52,336 nt of DNA from an uncultured Gemmatimonadota bacterium. GTDB taxonomy: Bacteria > Blakebacterota > Blakebacteria > Blakebacterales > Blakebacteraceae. The DNA is taken from contig CAZNUA010000023.1 of NCBI GenBank assembly GCA_964576115.1, positions 1-52,336 of the forward strand, in the 5' to 3' direction. Shown here piece by piece: positions 33,518 to 43,980 of the stretch. The notes under the pieces were generated by a model. That model had not been told where the DNA came from and made no database searches. It was given only the letters and a program-made list of their open reading frames with translations. The stretch's first letter is position 1. Each line of letters opens with the position of its first letter. The translations under genes were made by a program, and so were the position numbers.

Positions 33518-34667
33518 TCCCAAGGGCGTCCTGACGGGAGCGCATTACCTCGACGGCGACTTTGCCGCCGGCGAGGGAGCGATGGCGGCCGGCTGCCGTT
33601 TCGTGGCCGGATATCCCATCACTCCCTCGACCGAGGTGGTCGAGAGGATCTCGCGCCGCTTTCCCTTCATGGGCGGCACCTTCATCCAGATGGAAGACGA
33701 GCTGGGAAGCATGGCTGCCGTTGTCGGGGCTTCGTGGACCGGCACCAAATCGATGACGGTCACCAGCGGCCCGGGCTTCAGCCTGATGATGGAGAACCTC
33801 GGCCTGGCGGTGATGATGGAAACCCCCTGCGTGCTGGTCAACGTGCAGCGGGGCGGCCCCTCGACCGGCCTGCCCACCATGACGGGGCAGTCGGACATGA
33901 TGCAGGCCCGCTGGGGCTCGCACGGCGACTACGAGCTGATCGCCATGAGTCCCAAATCACCCCAGGAGGCGTTCGATATCATGATCGACGCCTTCAATAT
34001 AAGCGAGGTCTACCGGGTCCCGGTCCTGGTCATGATGGATGAATGCGTGGGACACATGACCGAAAAAGTCATCATCCCGCCGGCCGAGGAGATTGAACTC
34101 ATACCGCGCAAGCTCACCGAGAAGAAACCCGGGGAATACTGGCCTTATGAGGTCAGCAACGGCAGTCTGGTACCCGAATTCGCCCGGGTCGGCGACGGGT
34201 ATCGCTTTCACTCCACCGGACTGACCCACGACTACCGCGGTTACCCCATCATGAGCGCGGAGTGCCAGTGGGAGTGCGTGAGCCGGCTGGTCGACAAGAT
34301 CAAGAAGAACGCCGACGACATCGTCAAGTTCGAGGAAGAGGAGACCGACGGCGCCGACGTGGTGGTGCTCTCCTACGGCATCACTTCGCGGGTGGCCCGG
34401 ATGGGCATCGATATGGCGCGCAAGAAGGGCATCAAGGTCGGCGTGATCAGGCTGATCGTGGTCTGGCCCTTCCCCGAAAAACGGATTCGCGAACTGGCCC
34501 CGAAGATCAAGGGCTTCGTGGTCCCCGAAATCAATCTCGGTCAGGTATCGCTCGAGGTCGAGCGCTGCGTGGCGGGTAAATGCACGACCACCCTTGTACC
34601 CCACCCCGGCGGCGGCGTGCACGATCCCGAGGCAATCTTCGAAGCAATCGTGGGAGCGGCGAAATGA
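33507..34667 (+). CDS. korA: 2-oxoacid:ferredoxin oxidoreductase alpha subunit
   Basis: AGYPITPSTE, FIQMEDE, TSGPGFSLM, VQRGGPSTGLPT. GTG start after AAGGAGG. Confidence 0.95.
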   Translation: MKADPKGVLTGAHYLDGDFAAGEGAMAAGCRFVAGYPITPSTEVVERISRRFPFMGGTFIQMEDELGSMAAVVGASWTGTKSMTVTSGPGFSLMMENLGLAVMMETPCVLVNVQRGGPSTGLPTMTGQSDMMQARWGSHGDYELIAMSPKSPQEAFDIMIDAFNISEVYRVPVLVMMDECVGHMTEKVIIPPAEEIELIPRKLTEKKPGEYWPYEVSNGSLVPEFARVGDGYRFHSTGLTHDYRGYPIMSAECQWECVSRLVDKIKKNADDIVKFEEEETDGADVVVLSYGITSRVARMGIDMARKKGIKVGVIRLIVVWPFPEKRIRELAPKIKGFVVPEINLGQVSLEVERCVAGKCTTTLVPHPGGGVHDPEAIFEAIVGAAK

Positions 34668-35572
34668 GCGCACAGGCAACGACAGAGACCAAGCGGGAGG
34701 TCCGTCCCGAGGATCACCCGATCGCACCCTTCATCCGCATGGACCGGATGCCGCACATCTGGTGTCCCACCTGCGGGATCGGGACGGTCGTCAAATGCTA
34801 CGCGGCGGCCCTGGAAAAGCTCGAACTCGACTACTCCAAGGTGGTAGTGGTTTCGGGAATCGGCTGTACCGGCCGAGTGGCGGGCTACATGAACTTCGAT
34901 GCCTTCCATACCACCCATGGTCGGGCGATTCCCTTCGCCACGGGGCTGAAGATGGCCCGTCCCGAACTGAACATCACGGTTTTCAGCGGCGACGGCGACC
35001 TGTCGGGCATCGGGGGCAACCACTTCATCCACTCCGCCCGGCGGCACATGGACCTGCTGGTCATCCTGGTCAACAACTTCATCTATGCCATGACCGGCGG
35101 CCAGAACGCACCCACCACACCGATCGGCGCCAACTCCTCGACCATGCCCCACGGCAACTTCGACACCCCCTTCAACCTGCCCCATCTGGCGGCCAGCTGC
35201 GGCGCCAGCTACGTGGCCCGGTGGACCTCCCTGCACATCCGCCGGATGACCAACACCTTCGAGGAGGCGCTGCAGCGCAAGGGGTTCCGCTTCGTCGAGG
35301 TGGTCGCCCCCTGCTCCACCCTCTACGCCCGGCGGAACAAGCTGGGCACGGGGCTGAACCTGATGCAGTTCTATCACGACAATTCCGAGATCAGGCACGG
35401 TGAAGACACGCGCAATCTCGATATCGGTTATCAGGAGAAGATCATCTGCGGCAAGTTCGTCGATGACACCGAGCAGACCACCTTCATCGAGAATATGCAC
35501 GCCCACTATGAAAAACGCCTGGGCGAGGACTACGTCCCCATGGGCCCGGAGGGAGGCATGCTCCATGAGTAG
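34664..35572 (+). CDS. korB: 2-oxoacid:ferredoxin oxidoreductase beta (TPP-binding) subunit
   Basis: WCPTCG, SGIGC, HTTHGRA, GDGD...GGNH...NN, MTGGQ. Confidence 0.95.
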   Translation: MSAQATTETKREVRPEDHPIAPFIRMDRMPHIWCPTCGIGTVVKCYAAALEKLELDYSKVVVVSGIGCTGRVAGYMNFDAFHTTHGRAIPFATGLKMARPELNITVFSGDGDLSGIGGNHFIHSARRHMDLLVILVNNFIYAMTGGQNAPTTPIGANSSTMPHGNFDTPFNLPHLAASCGASYVARWTSLHIRRMTNTFEEALQRKGFRFVEVVAPCSTLYARRNKLGTGLNLMQFYHDNSEIRHGEDTRNLDIGYQEKIICGKFVDDTEQTTFIENMHAHYEKRLGEDYVPMGPEGGMLHE

Positions 35573-36197
35573 GAAAGAGATCCGCATCACCGGCTTCGGC
35601 GGTCAGGGAGTGGTGCTCTGCGGCCACATCATCGGTCACGCCTACTCGATCGACGCCGGGAACGAAGCCACCATGATTCAGAGTTTCGGCCCCGAGGCCC
35701 GCGGCTCGGCCTGTTCGACCTCGCTCGTGCTCGACGAGCAGGAGGTCCTCTATCCCTATCTCAAGGGGCTCGACATCCTGGTGGCGATGTCGCAGGACGG
35801 CTACGACAAGTACGTTGAGGACCTGGCTCCGGACGGCACCCAGATCTACGAGTCCGATCTGGTCGAACCCGTGGTCACGAAGGACCAGAAAGCCTTCGGT
35901 ATCCACTCCACCCGTATCGCCGAGGAGATCGGCCGGGTCATCGTGCAGAACATCGTCATGCTCGGTTTCTTCGCGGCGGTGACCCGAATGGTCTCGAAAG
36001 ACGAGTGGATCTCGGCCGTCACCGATTCGGTGCCGGCCGGGACCGAAGAACTCAACCTGAAAGCCTTCCACGCCGGCTGGGACTGGTACGAAGAAAAGTA
36101 CGGCGACGGGAAGGGGAGCGAACCTGAGGCCGCCGCCGACCAGGGCGGTGAGGCCGAAAAAGAAGCGAGCCCCGAGGAAACGGTCGCGGCCGAGTAG
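35565..36197 (+). CDS. korC: 2-oxoacid:ferredoxin oxidoreductase gamma subunit
   Basis: GFGGQGVV, SFGPEARGSAC, NIVMLG, NLKAF. Confidence 0.93.
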   Translation: MSRKEIRITGFGGQGVVLCGHIIGHAYSIDAGNEATMIQSFGPEARGSACSTSLVLDEQEVLYPYLKGLDILVAMSQDGYDKYVEDLAPDGTQIYESDLVEPVVTKDQKAFGIHSTRIAEEIGRVIVQNIVMLGFFAAVTRMVSKDEWISAVTDSVPAGTEELNLKAFHAGWDWYEEKYGDGKGSEPEAAADQGGEAEKEASPEETVAAE

Positions 36198-36252
36198 CCG
36201 GGAACGTTGCCTTACTGGAGGAACCCCACTCTGAGCAGTGAGGAGAGTGAGG

Positions 36253-39200
36253 ATGAGCGCAGAAGTCGCTGCGGCTGAGGAAGCTGAGGCGAGAGTCAGC
36301 CGGCGCGCAGTCGTGATCGGAGGCGGCATTGCAGGCATGCAGGCCGCCCTCGACCTGGCCAACGCCCGGATACCCGTCACGCTGGTGGAAGCGTCGCCGT
36401 CGCTGGGGGGCCGGATGGCCCAGCTCGACAAGACCTTCCCCACGATGGACTGCTCCATATGAATCCTCGGCCCTCTGGCCATGGATGTCGGTCGACATCC
36501 ACTCATCGAGGTCGTCACCAACGCCGAGGTCGTCGGCTGCGAGGGTGAACCGGGAGACTTCCGGATCACCGTCCATCAGCACCCGCGCTTCGTGAAGGAA
36601 GACGTCTGTGTGGCCTGCGGGCTCTGTGTCGAGACCTGCCCCCAGGTGGGCGGCAACGAGTTCGACATGGGCCTGAAAGCCCGCAAGGCGATCTACCGTC
36701 CCTTTCCGCAGTCGGTCCCGGCGGCATATGTGATCGATCCCTTCGCCTGTCTGAATTTCCTGCCGCACCTGGACGAGAAGCAGAAGAAGCGGCTCGAGAA
36801 AGTGCAGGCCGCCAAGGCGAAGAAACGTCCCGACGTCGCCCTGCCCCACCTGCCCTGCGGCCACTGCCAGGAAACCTGCGAGGTAGGCGCGATCGACTTC
36901 GACATGCTCCCGCGCGAGTGGGAGGTCGAGGCCGGCTCGGTTCTGGTCGCCATCGGCTTCCAGGAATTCGACGCCCGCAAGCTCGGCCAGTACGGCTACG
37001 GCCGGTTCCCGAACGTGATCACCAGTCTCGAACTGGAGCGTATGCTCAACGCCTCGGGGGTCACCCAGGGGCACATGGTGCGACCCTCCGATCTCGGCAC
37101 TCCGAAGCGAATCGTCTTCATCCAGTGCGTCGGCGCCCGCGGCGACGGCGGGCGGCCTTACTGCAGCCGCTTCTGCTGCATGAACGCGGTGAAGGATTCG
37201 ATGCTCATCCGTCAGCACGATCCCGAAGTCGAGGACATCACCATCCTCTACACCGACCTGCGCGCCTTCGGGAAAGGCTTCGACGACTTCGTCAAACGCA
37301 GTGTCGAGGAACAGAGTGCGGAGTACGTGCGCGGCCGTCCCGCCAAGATCGATCTCGATCCCGACGGCAAGACCCTCGTCGTCTACGTCGAAGATACGAT
37401 CGAGCACGAGCAGCGGCGGATCCCCGCCGATCTGGTCGTGCTGAGTGTGGCCGCCGCGCCCAACGACGGCGCTGTCGAGTTGGCGAAGACCCTCGAGATC
37501 GAAACCGACCAGTACGGCTTCATCACGCCCCGGGACCCGGCCGTGAGCAGTGTCGAGACCCGGCGCGACGGTGTGTACGTCTGCGGCTCGGCGATCGGGC
37601 CCCAGGTCATCCCCGACGCCGTAGCCCAGGCTTCGGCCGCCGCGGCCCGGGCCGAACTCTTCCTGCACGGTCACCGTATCGAGGAAGTGTCCGAACCGCC
37701 CGAACCCATGGACACCTCCGGTGCGCCCCGGATCGGGGTGCTGGTGTGCAGTTGCGGAGCCAACATCGGCGGCGTGCTCGATGTCGAGGCACTTGCCGAA
37801 TACGCCCGCTCCATCCCCGATGTAGTGGCCGCCGAAACCTCGATGTTCGCCTGTGCCGAGACCGGCCAGGACCAGGTTGTCGAGCTGATCAAAGAGAACG
37901 ACCTCAACCGTGTGATCGTGGCCTCCTGCACCCCGCGCACGCACGAACCGGTTTTCCGGGAGACCTGTGCCCGAATCGGTTTCAACCCCTACCTGCTCGA
38001 TATGGTGAACATCCGCGACCAGTGCTCGTGGGTGCATGCCAACGAGCCCGAGCTGGCCCAGGTCAAGGCAAAAGACCTGATCCGCATGAGCGTGGCCCGT
38101 ACGCGCAACCTCGAACCGCTCTTCGAGAGCGAGGTACCGATGACCCGTACCGCCCTGGTGCTGGGCGGCGGCATCGCCGGCATCCAGGCCGCCACCGGTT
38201 TGGCCGAACAGGGCTTCGAGACCATCCTGGTCGAGAAGGAGGAGGCCCTCGGCGGGCGCCTGCGCGACCCGAACCTGCATTACCTCTACCCCACCATGCG
38301 GCCCGCCGCCGACGTGCTGAAGACGAACATCGCCCGGCTGAAAAAGAGCGGTGCCCGCATCCTGACCGGTACCGAGGTGGAGAGCATCGATGGTTTTGTC
38401 GGCAATTTCGACATCACTCTGACCGGAGCTGTTTCCGAGGAGGTAAAGGTCGGGGCCATCATCCTGGCCTTCGGCGCCTCCCTGCACGATCCGGGCGAGG
38501 AGTTCGGGTACGACCGTCGTGAGAACGTGATCACGAGCGAAGAACTCGAGACGATCTTCTGCGAGAACGACGACCAGGTGCTGATCGGGGGCCGCAAACC
38601 CGAGAGTGCGTCCTTCATTCTCTGTGTCGGGTCGCGCGAAGAGCACGGTTTCACGGGCTGTTCGCGCTACTGCTGTCCGACCGCCATCAAGCAGGCCCTG
38701 ATCCTGAACGAACAGGGCATCAACACCACCATCTTCTACCGCGACATCAGGACCGTTTCGGCCGGAGCCGAGGAGATGTACCGCAAGGCCCGCGGCCAGG
38801 GGGTACTCTTCATCCGTATCCCCCCCGGCGAGAAACCCGAGATTCTCGGCAACGAACGGGCCGAGGGATTGCGCTGTTACGATGAGCTGCTCGGACAGAA
38901 GCTCGAGGTACCGACCGACCTGGTGATCCTGAGTGTCGGCATGCGGCCGCGCCAGCCCGAGACCGAAAAATTTCACCTCATGCTCAAGGCCAGTATCGGT
39001 CTCGACGGTTTCTTCCTGGAGCGGCATCCCGAGCTCGGCCCGGTGGAAACGGTCGTGGAAGGAGTCTTCCTGGCCGGCACCATTCAGGGCCCCAAGGACA
39101 TCGTCGACTCGGTCGCCCAGGCCTCGGCCGCGGCCGCCAAAGCGGCAGTTCTGCTGTCTTTCGACAGCGTGCGCGTCGAGCCGACCGTTTCGGTCGTGGA

Positions 39201-39432
39201 TGAGGAACGCTGCCGGGGCTGCGGGACCTGCGTGGATATCTGTCCCTTCTCCGCCGCCGCGCTGGTCGAGATCGACGAGGGCGCCCATGTGGCCCGGATC
39301 AACGCTTCGCTCTGCAAGGGGTGCGGTACCTGTGCCGCCTGGTGTCCGTCAGGCGCTATCGCCGCCAAACATTTCACCGACCGTCAGGTCATGTCGATGA
39401 TCGATGCGGCGCTCGCGAAGGAGGCGCCATGA
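36253..39432 (+). CDS. hdrA: Heterodisulfide reductase subunit A-like protein, two-module, selenoprotein (Sec at TGA 36460-36462)
   Basis: ORFs 36238-36462 and 36481-39432 are in one frame: GGGIAG...LDKTFPTMDCSI*ILGPLAMDVGRHP. Also has CSRFCC, CSCGANI, SCTPRTHEP, a second GGGIAG and a C-terminal ferredoxin. Confidence 0.93.
36482..36501 (+). promoter_or_regulatory. Bacterial SECIS-like hairpin of hdrA1
   Basis: TGGATGTC-GGTC-GACATCCA. 27 nt lie between the UGA and the loop. Confidence 0.8.
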
Positions 39433-40064
39433 CCGCGCAGGCGAAGAAGAAGACATCCGCGAAGAAAAAGGCGGGCAACACGAAAACCGCGGCGAAGAAA
39501 ACGGCTGCAAAGAAGAAAACCGCGGCGAAGAAAACGGCTGCAAAAAAGAAAACTGCAACGAAGAAGACCGCGGCAAAAAAGACGGCTGTGAAAAAGAAGG
39601 CCGCCGCGGTCGCCGCCGAGCCGACCGCTGCCGCCCCTGACGGAAAATGGAATCCCGATATCGTGGTCTTCGCCTGCAACTGGTGCTCGTATGCCGGTGC
39701 CGACACGGCCGGGGTATCGCGTCTGCAGCACGAACCGCACTTCCGGATGATCCGGGTCATGTGCTCGGGCCGGGTGCATCCCGGATTCGTGATGCGGGCC
39801 TTCGAGAAGGGAGCCGATGGCGTGCTCGTCTCGGGCTGCCACATCGGCGACTGCCACTATGTCTCGGGGAATGAACGCCAGATCGAGATCTTCGAGATCA
39901 CCAAGCAGCTCACCCACCTGATCGGACTCGAACCGGGGCGGGTGCGGCTGGAGTGGGTCAGTGCCGCCGAGGGGCCCCGCTGGGCCGCTTTGATCAACGA
40001 ATTCACCGACCAGATCCGCAGGCTGGGCCCGAGCCCGCTCAAGGATCAACCGACGGCACGATGA
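39429..40064 (+). CDS. mvhD: MvhD/FlpD [2Fe-2S] subunit with a Lys/Ala-rich N-terminal extension
   Basis: [44 protein letters not shown]. Confidence 0.93.
   Translation: MTAQAKKKTSAKKKAGNTKTAAKKTAAKKKTAAKKTAAKKKTATKKTAAKKTAVKKKAAAVAAEPTAAAPDGKWNPDIVVFACNWCSYAGADTAGVSRLQHEPHFRMIRVMCSGRVHPGFVMRAFEKGADGVLVSGCHIGDCHYVSGNERQIEIFEITKQLTHLIGLEPGRVRLEWVSAAEGPRWAALINEFTDQIRRLGPSPLKDQPTAR
39483..39581 (+). repeat. 33-nt tandem repeat, about 3 copies, encoding KTAAKKTAAKK
   Basis: AAAACCGCGGCGAAGAAAACGGCTGCAAAGAAG, then a 1-mismatch copy, then a degenerate copy. Confidence 0.85.
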
Positions 40065-40080
40065 GGGAGAGTACGGCACG

Positions 40081-41229
40081 ATGGTCGACCTGACTGACGT
40101 CACGCGCAGATCGAAGGCCTGGGCCTGCTACGATTGCGGCAAGTGCACCGCCACCTGCCCTATCGCCCGTGTCGGCGGCTCGTACAGTCCGCGCCGGCAC
40201 ATTCTCTCCAGCAACACCGGCAATCCCGCCTTCATCCTGGAGCAGGAAACGCTTTTCGCCTGCCTGACCTGCAGCCTGTGCGAACAGCGCTGCCCCGCCC
40301 AGGTGCATTACACCGACCTGGTCAAGTACCTGCGCGAGATGGCCTGGGAAGAGGGAATCGAACCCGACTGCCCGCACGGCGGCACGATCCAGTCCCTGAT
40401 CCGGATGATGGCTCAGGGCGGTACGCAGCAGAACCGCCTGGAATGGCTGACCGAAGACCTGAAGACCAGCCCCGACGAAGGCGAGGTCTTCTTCTGGACC
40501 GGCTGCACGATGTACTACGACGCCATCTTTGCCGAATACGAGGGGGCCCACCCCCTCGAAGGCACCCGCGCCGCGGTCCGCCTGCTCAACGCCCTGGACG
40601 TCACTCCGGTCGTGAGCCCACAGGAGCGCTGCTGCGGCCACGATCTGCTCTGGAACGGCGACCGGGAAAACTTCGAGAAACTCGCCCGGCACAACGTCAA
40701 ACTGGTTCAGGATTCCGGGGCTTCGATCCTGGTCACCTCCTGCGCTGAATGCCTGCGGACCTGGAAGCTCGATTACGAACCGTACTTCGAGGGATCGATG
40801 CCCGAGATCGTCCATATCTCCGAGTATGTCGCCCGGCATCTGCCCGAGCTCGAACTCACAGGCAACGGCGGCCTGACCGTCACCTACCAGGATCCCTGCC
40901 GGCTCGGCCGCCAGCTGGGGATCTACGACGCCCCCCGCGAGGTCATGCAGGCCGTACCCGGCCTGGAGCTGGTCGAAATGCGGCACAACCGGACCGGTGC
41001 GACCTGCTGCGCCGGCGGGACCTGGTCGAACTGCGACATCTACGCCAAGAAGATCCAGGTAACCCGGCTGACCGAAGCGCGGGCCACCGGGGCCCAGGTC
41101 ATGGTCACGGCCTGTCCGAAGTGTCAGATCCACTTCAGCTGTGCCATGAAGGATCCGATCGAGAAGGAGAACATCACCATCGAGATGCGCGACGTGGCCG
41201 AGATTCTGCTCGACGCGCTCTCGACGTAA
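40081..41229 (+). CDS. HdrD/GlpC-like Fe-S protein (2x[4Fe-4S] plus two CCG domains)
   Basis: [48 protein letters not shown]. Confidence 0.9.
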   Translation: MVDLTDVTRRSKAWACYDCGKCTATCPIARVGGSYSPRRHILSSNTGNPAFILEQETLFACLTCSLCEQRCPAQVHYTDLVKYLREMAWEEGIEPDCPHGGTIQSLIRMMAQGGTQQNRLEWLTEDLKTSPDEGEVFFWTGCTMYYDAIFAEYEGAHPLEGTRAAVRLLNALDVTPVVSPQERCCGHDLLWNGDRENFEKLARHNVKLVQDSGASILVTSCAECLRTWKLDYEPYFEGSMPEIVHISEYVARHLPELELTGNGGLTVTYQDPCRLGRQLGIYDAPREVMQAVPGLELVEMRHNRTGATCCAGGTWSNCDIYAKKIQVTRLTEARATGAQVMVTACPKCQIHFSCAMKDPIEKENITIEMRDVAEILLDALST

Positions 41230-41267
41230 CAAACAACAAAGACCGTTTCCGGGAAGGAAAGGGACTG

Positions 41268-43772
41268 ATGCAAGCAGACACGTCAACAGGCGAAGAGCTC
41301 CGGATCGGCGTCTTCATCTGCGACTGCGGCCTGAATATCGCAGGTGCAGTGGACACCGCCGCCGTGACGGAATACGCCGAGACGCTGCCCGATGTGGCGT
41401 GCGCAATACGCAATAAATACACCTGCGCCGACCCCGGTCAGAACGAGATCAAGAGGGCCGTTCAGGAGTACAAGCTCAACCGCGTGGTCGTTGCCTCCTG
41501 CACCCCGCGCCAGCACGAGCCGACCTTCCGGCAGTGCGTCTCCGAGGTGGGGCTGAACCCCTACCTCATGGAGATGGCCAACCTGCGCGAGCACTGCTCC
41601 TGGGTCCACCCCAACGACCGCGAAGGCGCCACCGCCAAGGCCAAGGACCTGGTCGCCGGTGCTGTGGCCCGGGCCCGTTTCCTGAAGAGCCAGGATGAGC
41701 TGACGGTTCCGGTTTCGCAGCGCGCCCTGGTGATCGGCGGCGGCATCGCCGGGATCGAGGCGGCGATCGAACTGGCCGATGCGGGACACAAGGTCACCCT
41801 GGTCGAAAAAGCGCCCTCCATCGGTGGGATCATGGCTCAGCTCGACAAGACCTACCCCACCATGGACTGCTCTATATGAATTCTGGGCCCTAAGGCCATC
41901 GATGCCGGTCGGCATCCGAATATAGAGCTGCTCACCTACAGCGAGGTCGAAGCCGTCTCGGGCTACGTCGGCAACTTCGAGGTCACGATCCGCAAGAAGG
42001 CCCGCTATGTGGACCTCGAGACCTGCAACGCCTGTGCCGAGTGCGCCAATGTGTGCCCGCAGGTCGTGCCCGACGAGTACCAGGTGGGACTTTCGGCCCG
42101 CAAGGCGATCTACATCCCCTTCCCGCAGGCGGTACCCTGTGTCTATGTCCTCGACATGGAGAACTGCCTGGGCAACAACCCGATCGCGTGCGGCAAGTGT
42201 GCCGAGGTGTGCGAGCAGAACGCCATCAACTACGACGACGCCGACGAGCTGATCACCCGCGAAGTCGGAGCGGTCATCGTGGCCATCGGTCTGGATGTCT
42301 ACGATCCGACCGAGATGGACGAGTACGGTTACACCCGCTTCGAGAACGTGATCACCTCGATGGAGTTCGAACGCCTGATCTGCGCCGGGGGACCGACCGA
42401 GGGGCACTTCGTGCGCCCGAGCGACATGGACCACCCCAAGCGGATCGGTTTCATCCAGTGCGTCGGGTCGCGCAATCCGGCCATCGGGCGACCCTACTGC
42501 TCGAATATCTGCTGCATGAACACCGTCAAGGACACCCTCCTGCTGGCCGACCACTATCCCGATGTGGAGAACGTGGTCTTCTACCAGGATATCCGCGCCT
42601 TCGGCAAGTCGTTCGAGGACATGTTCCAGCGCTCGAAGGAATCAGGTACCCGCTACGTGCGGGGCCTGCCCGGCGACATCGAGGAGGATCCCGAAACCAA
42701 GAACCTCGTCATCACGGTCGAGAACACCACCTCGGGCCGGATCGAGAGGCACGAGCTGGACATGGTCGTGCTCTCGGTCGGGGTGGTTCCGCCCAAGGAT
42801 CTGAAGAAGATCTCGGGGCTCTTCACCCTCTCGAAGACCTCCGACGGGTTCTTCATGGAATCGCACCCGAAACTGAAACCGATCGACGCCCCCACCAAGG
42901 GGGTGTATTTCGCCGGTTTCTGCGAGGCCCCGAAGGACATCAAGGACTCGGTCTGCCAGGCCGGCGCCGCGGCCTCGAAGGTGGGAGCCCTGCTCAACGC
43001 CGGAGAGGTCCGCATCGAGGCCCTCACCAGCCACATCGACGAGGAACTCTGCACCGGTTGCGGTGTCTGTGCCTCGGTCTGTCCCTTCTCGGCGATCCGC
43101 TGGGAGAAGGGCCAGAAGGCCCATGTCATCGAAGCGATGTGCGCCGGCTGCGGGGCTTGCGGAGCGGCCTGCAACTTCGGCGCCATCGAGATGCGGCACT
43201 TCACCGACTCGCAGATGGTGGCCCAGATCCAGGCCGTGCTGGCAGACAAACCCGAGGAGAAGGTCTTCGTCTTCGCCTGCAACTGGTGTTCGTATGCCGG
43301 AGGCGACATGGCGGGGATCTCCCGTCTCCAGTATCCGACCTCGAACCGCGTCGTCAGAACCATGTGTTCGGCGCGGGTATCCGAAGAAATGGTTCTCGAA
43401 GCCTTCCGCAACGGGGCCGCGGTGGTGCTGGTCTCGGGCTGCCATTACGCCGACTGCCATTACATCAGCGCCAACCGCGAGACCGTCAAGCGGGTCCAGC
43501 GGCTCTGGAACAAGCTCGAGAAGGCCGGGGTGCGCCCCGAGCGGCTGCAGCTGGAGTGGATCAGCGCCGCCGAGGGCCAGAAGTTCGCCAAGGTGATGAG
43601 GCAGATGGAGGAGCTGCGCTCGACGGTCACGCTCGAAGAGGTCGAGTACGCCCGCGAGGCGCTCAAACCGAAGTCGAAGAAAGAGAAGAAGGCCAAGGCC
43701 GGGGAGGATGCCAAAGCCTCCGCAAAGACGGAAGAGACGGAGAAGGCGGAGACCGAAACGGTCTCGAACTGA
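41268..43772 (+). CDS. hdrA: HdrA-MvhD fusion, selenoprotein (Sec at TGA 41877-41879)
   Basis: [12 protein letters not shown]...GGGIAG...[35 protein letters not shown] continues in frame into ORF 42009-43772. Also CSNICC, a ferredoxin and a C-terminal FACNWCSY...GCHYADCHY. Confidence 0.93.
41901..41916 (+). promoter_or_regulatory. Bacterial SECIS-like hairpin of hdrA2
   Basis: GATGCC-GGTC-GGCATC. 27 nt lie between the UGA and the loop. Confidence 0.8.
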
Positions 43773-43829
43773 CCGCCGGCCGGGTGTCGTGTCCCGCGGC
43801 AGTGAACGAGCTTCGAACGGGAGAACGAG

Positions 43830-43976
43830 ATGGTTGTTCATTATTTCCGCTGCATGATGTGCGGCTACGAGTGGGAGGAAGAGGTCGATCCGGATAAGGA
43901 GGTGGAGCGTACCTGCCCGAAGTGCCGCTCCAACTCGATCCGGCATTTCAAGCGGAAACCCGAACCGAAGGAGTAG
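43830..43976 (+). CDS. 48-aa zinc-ribbon/rubredoxin-like protein
   Basis: MVVHYFRCMMCGYEWEEEVDPDKEVERTCPKCRSNSIRHFKRKPEPKE*. GGGAG RBS. Stops 4 nt before the hdrC ATG. Confidence 0.82.
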   Translation: MVVHYFRCMMCGYEWEEEVDPDKEVERTCPKCRSNSIRHFKRKPEPKE

Positions 43977-43980
43977 CCGG

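Noticed and set aside
36238-36462. hdrA fragments as pseudogenes or separate small genes
   Set aside because: The same TGA falls at a conserved Cys column in both paralogs, the frame continues, and SECIS-like hairpins follow. Sec recoding explains this better.
36052-39288. 1078-aa minus-strand ORF
   Set aside because: Antisense shadow of hdrA1.
39483-39581. CRISPR-like repeat
   Set aside because: Adjacent in-frame coding repeats with no spacers and no cas genes.
40749-41267. N-terminal extension of ORF 40749-41879
   Set aside because: It overlaps the hdrD-like gene in another frame. The real start is ATG 41268 after a purine-rich RBS.
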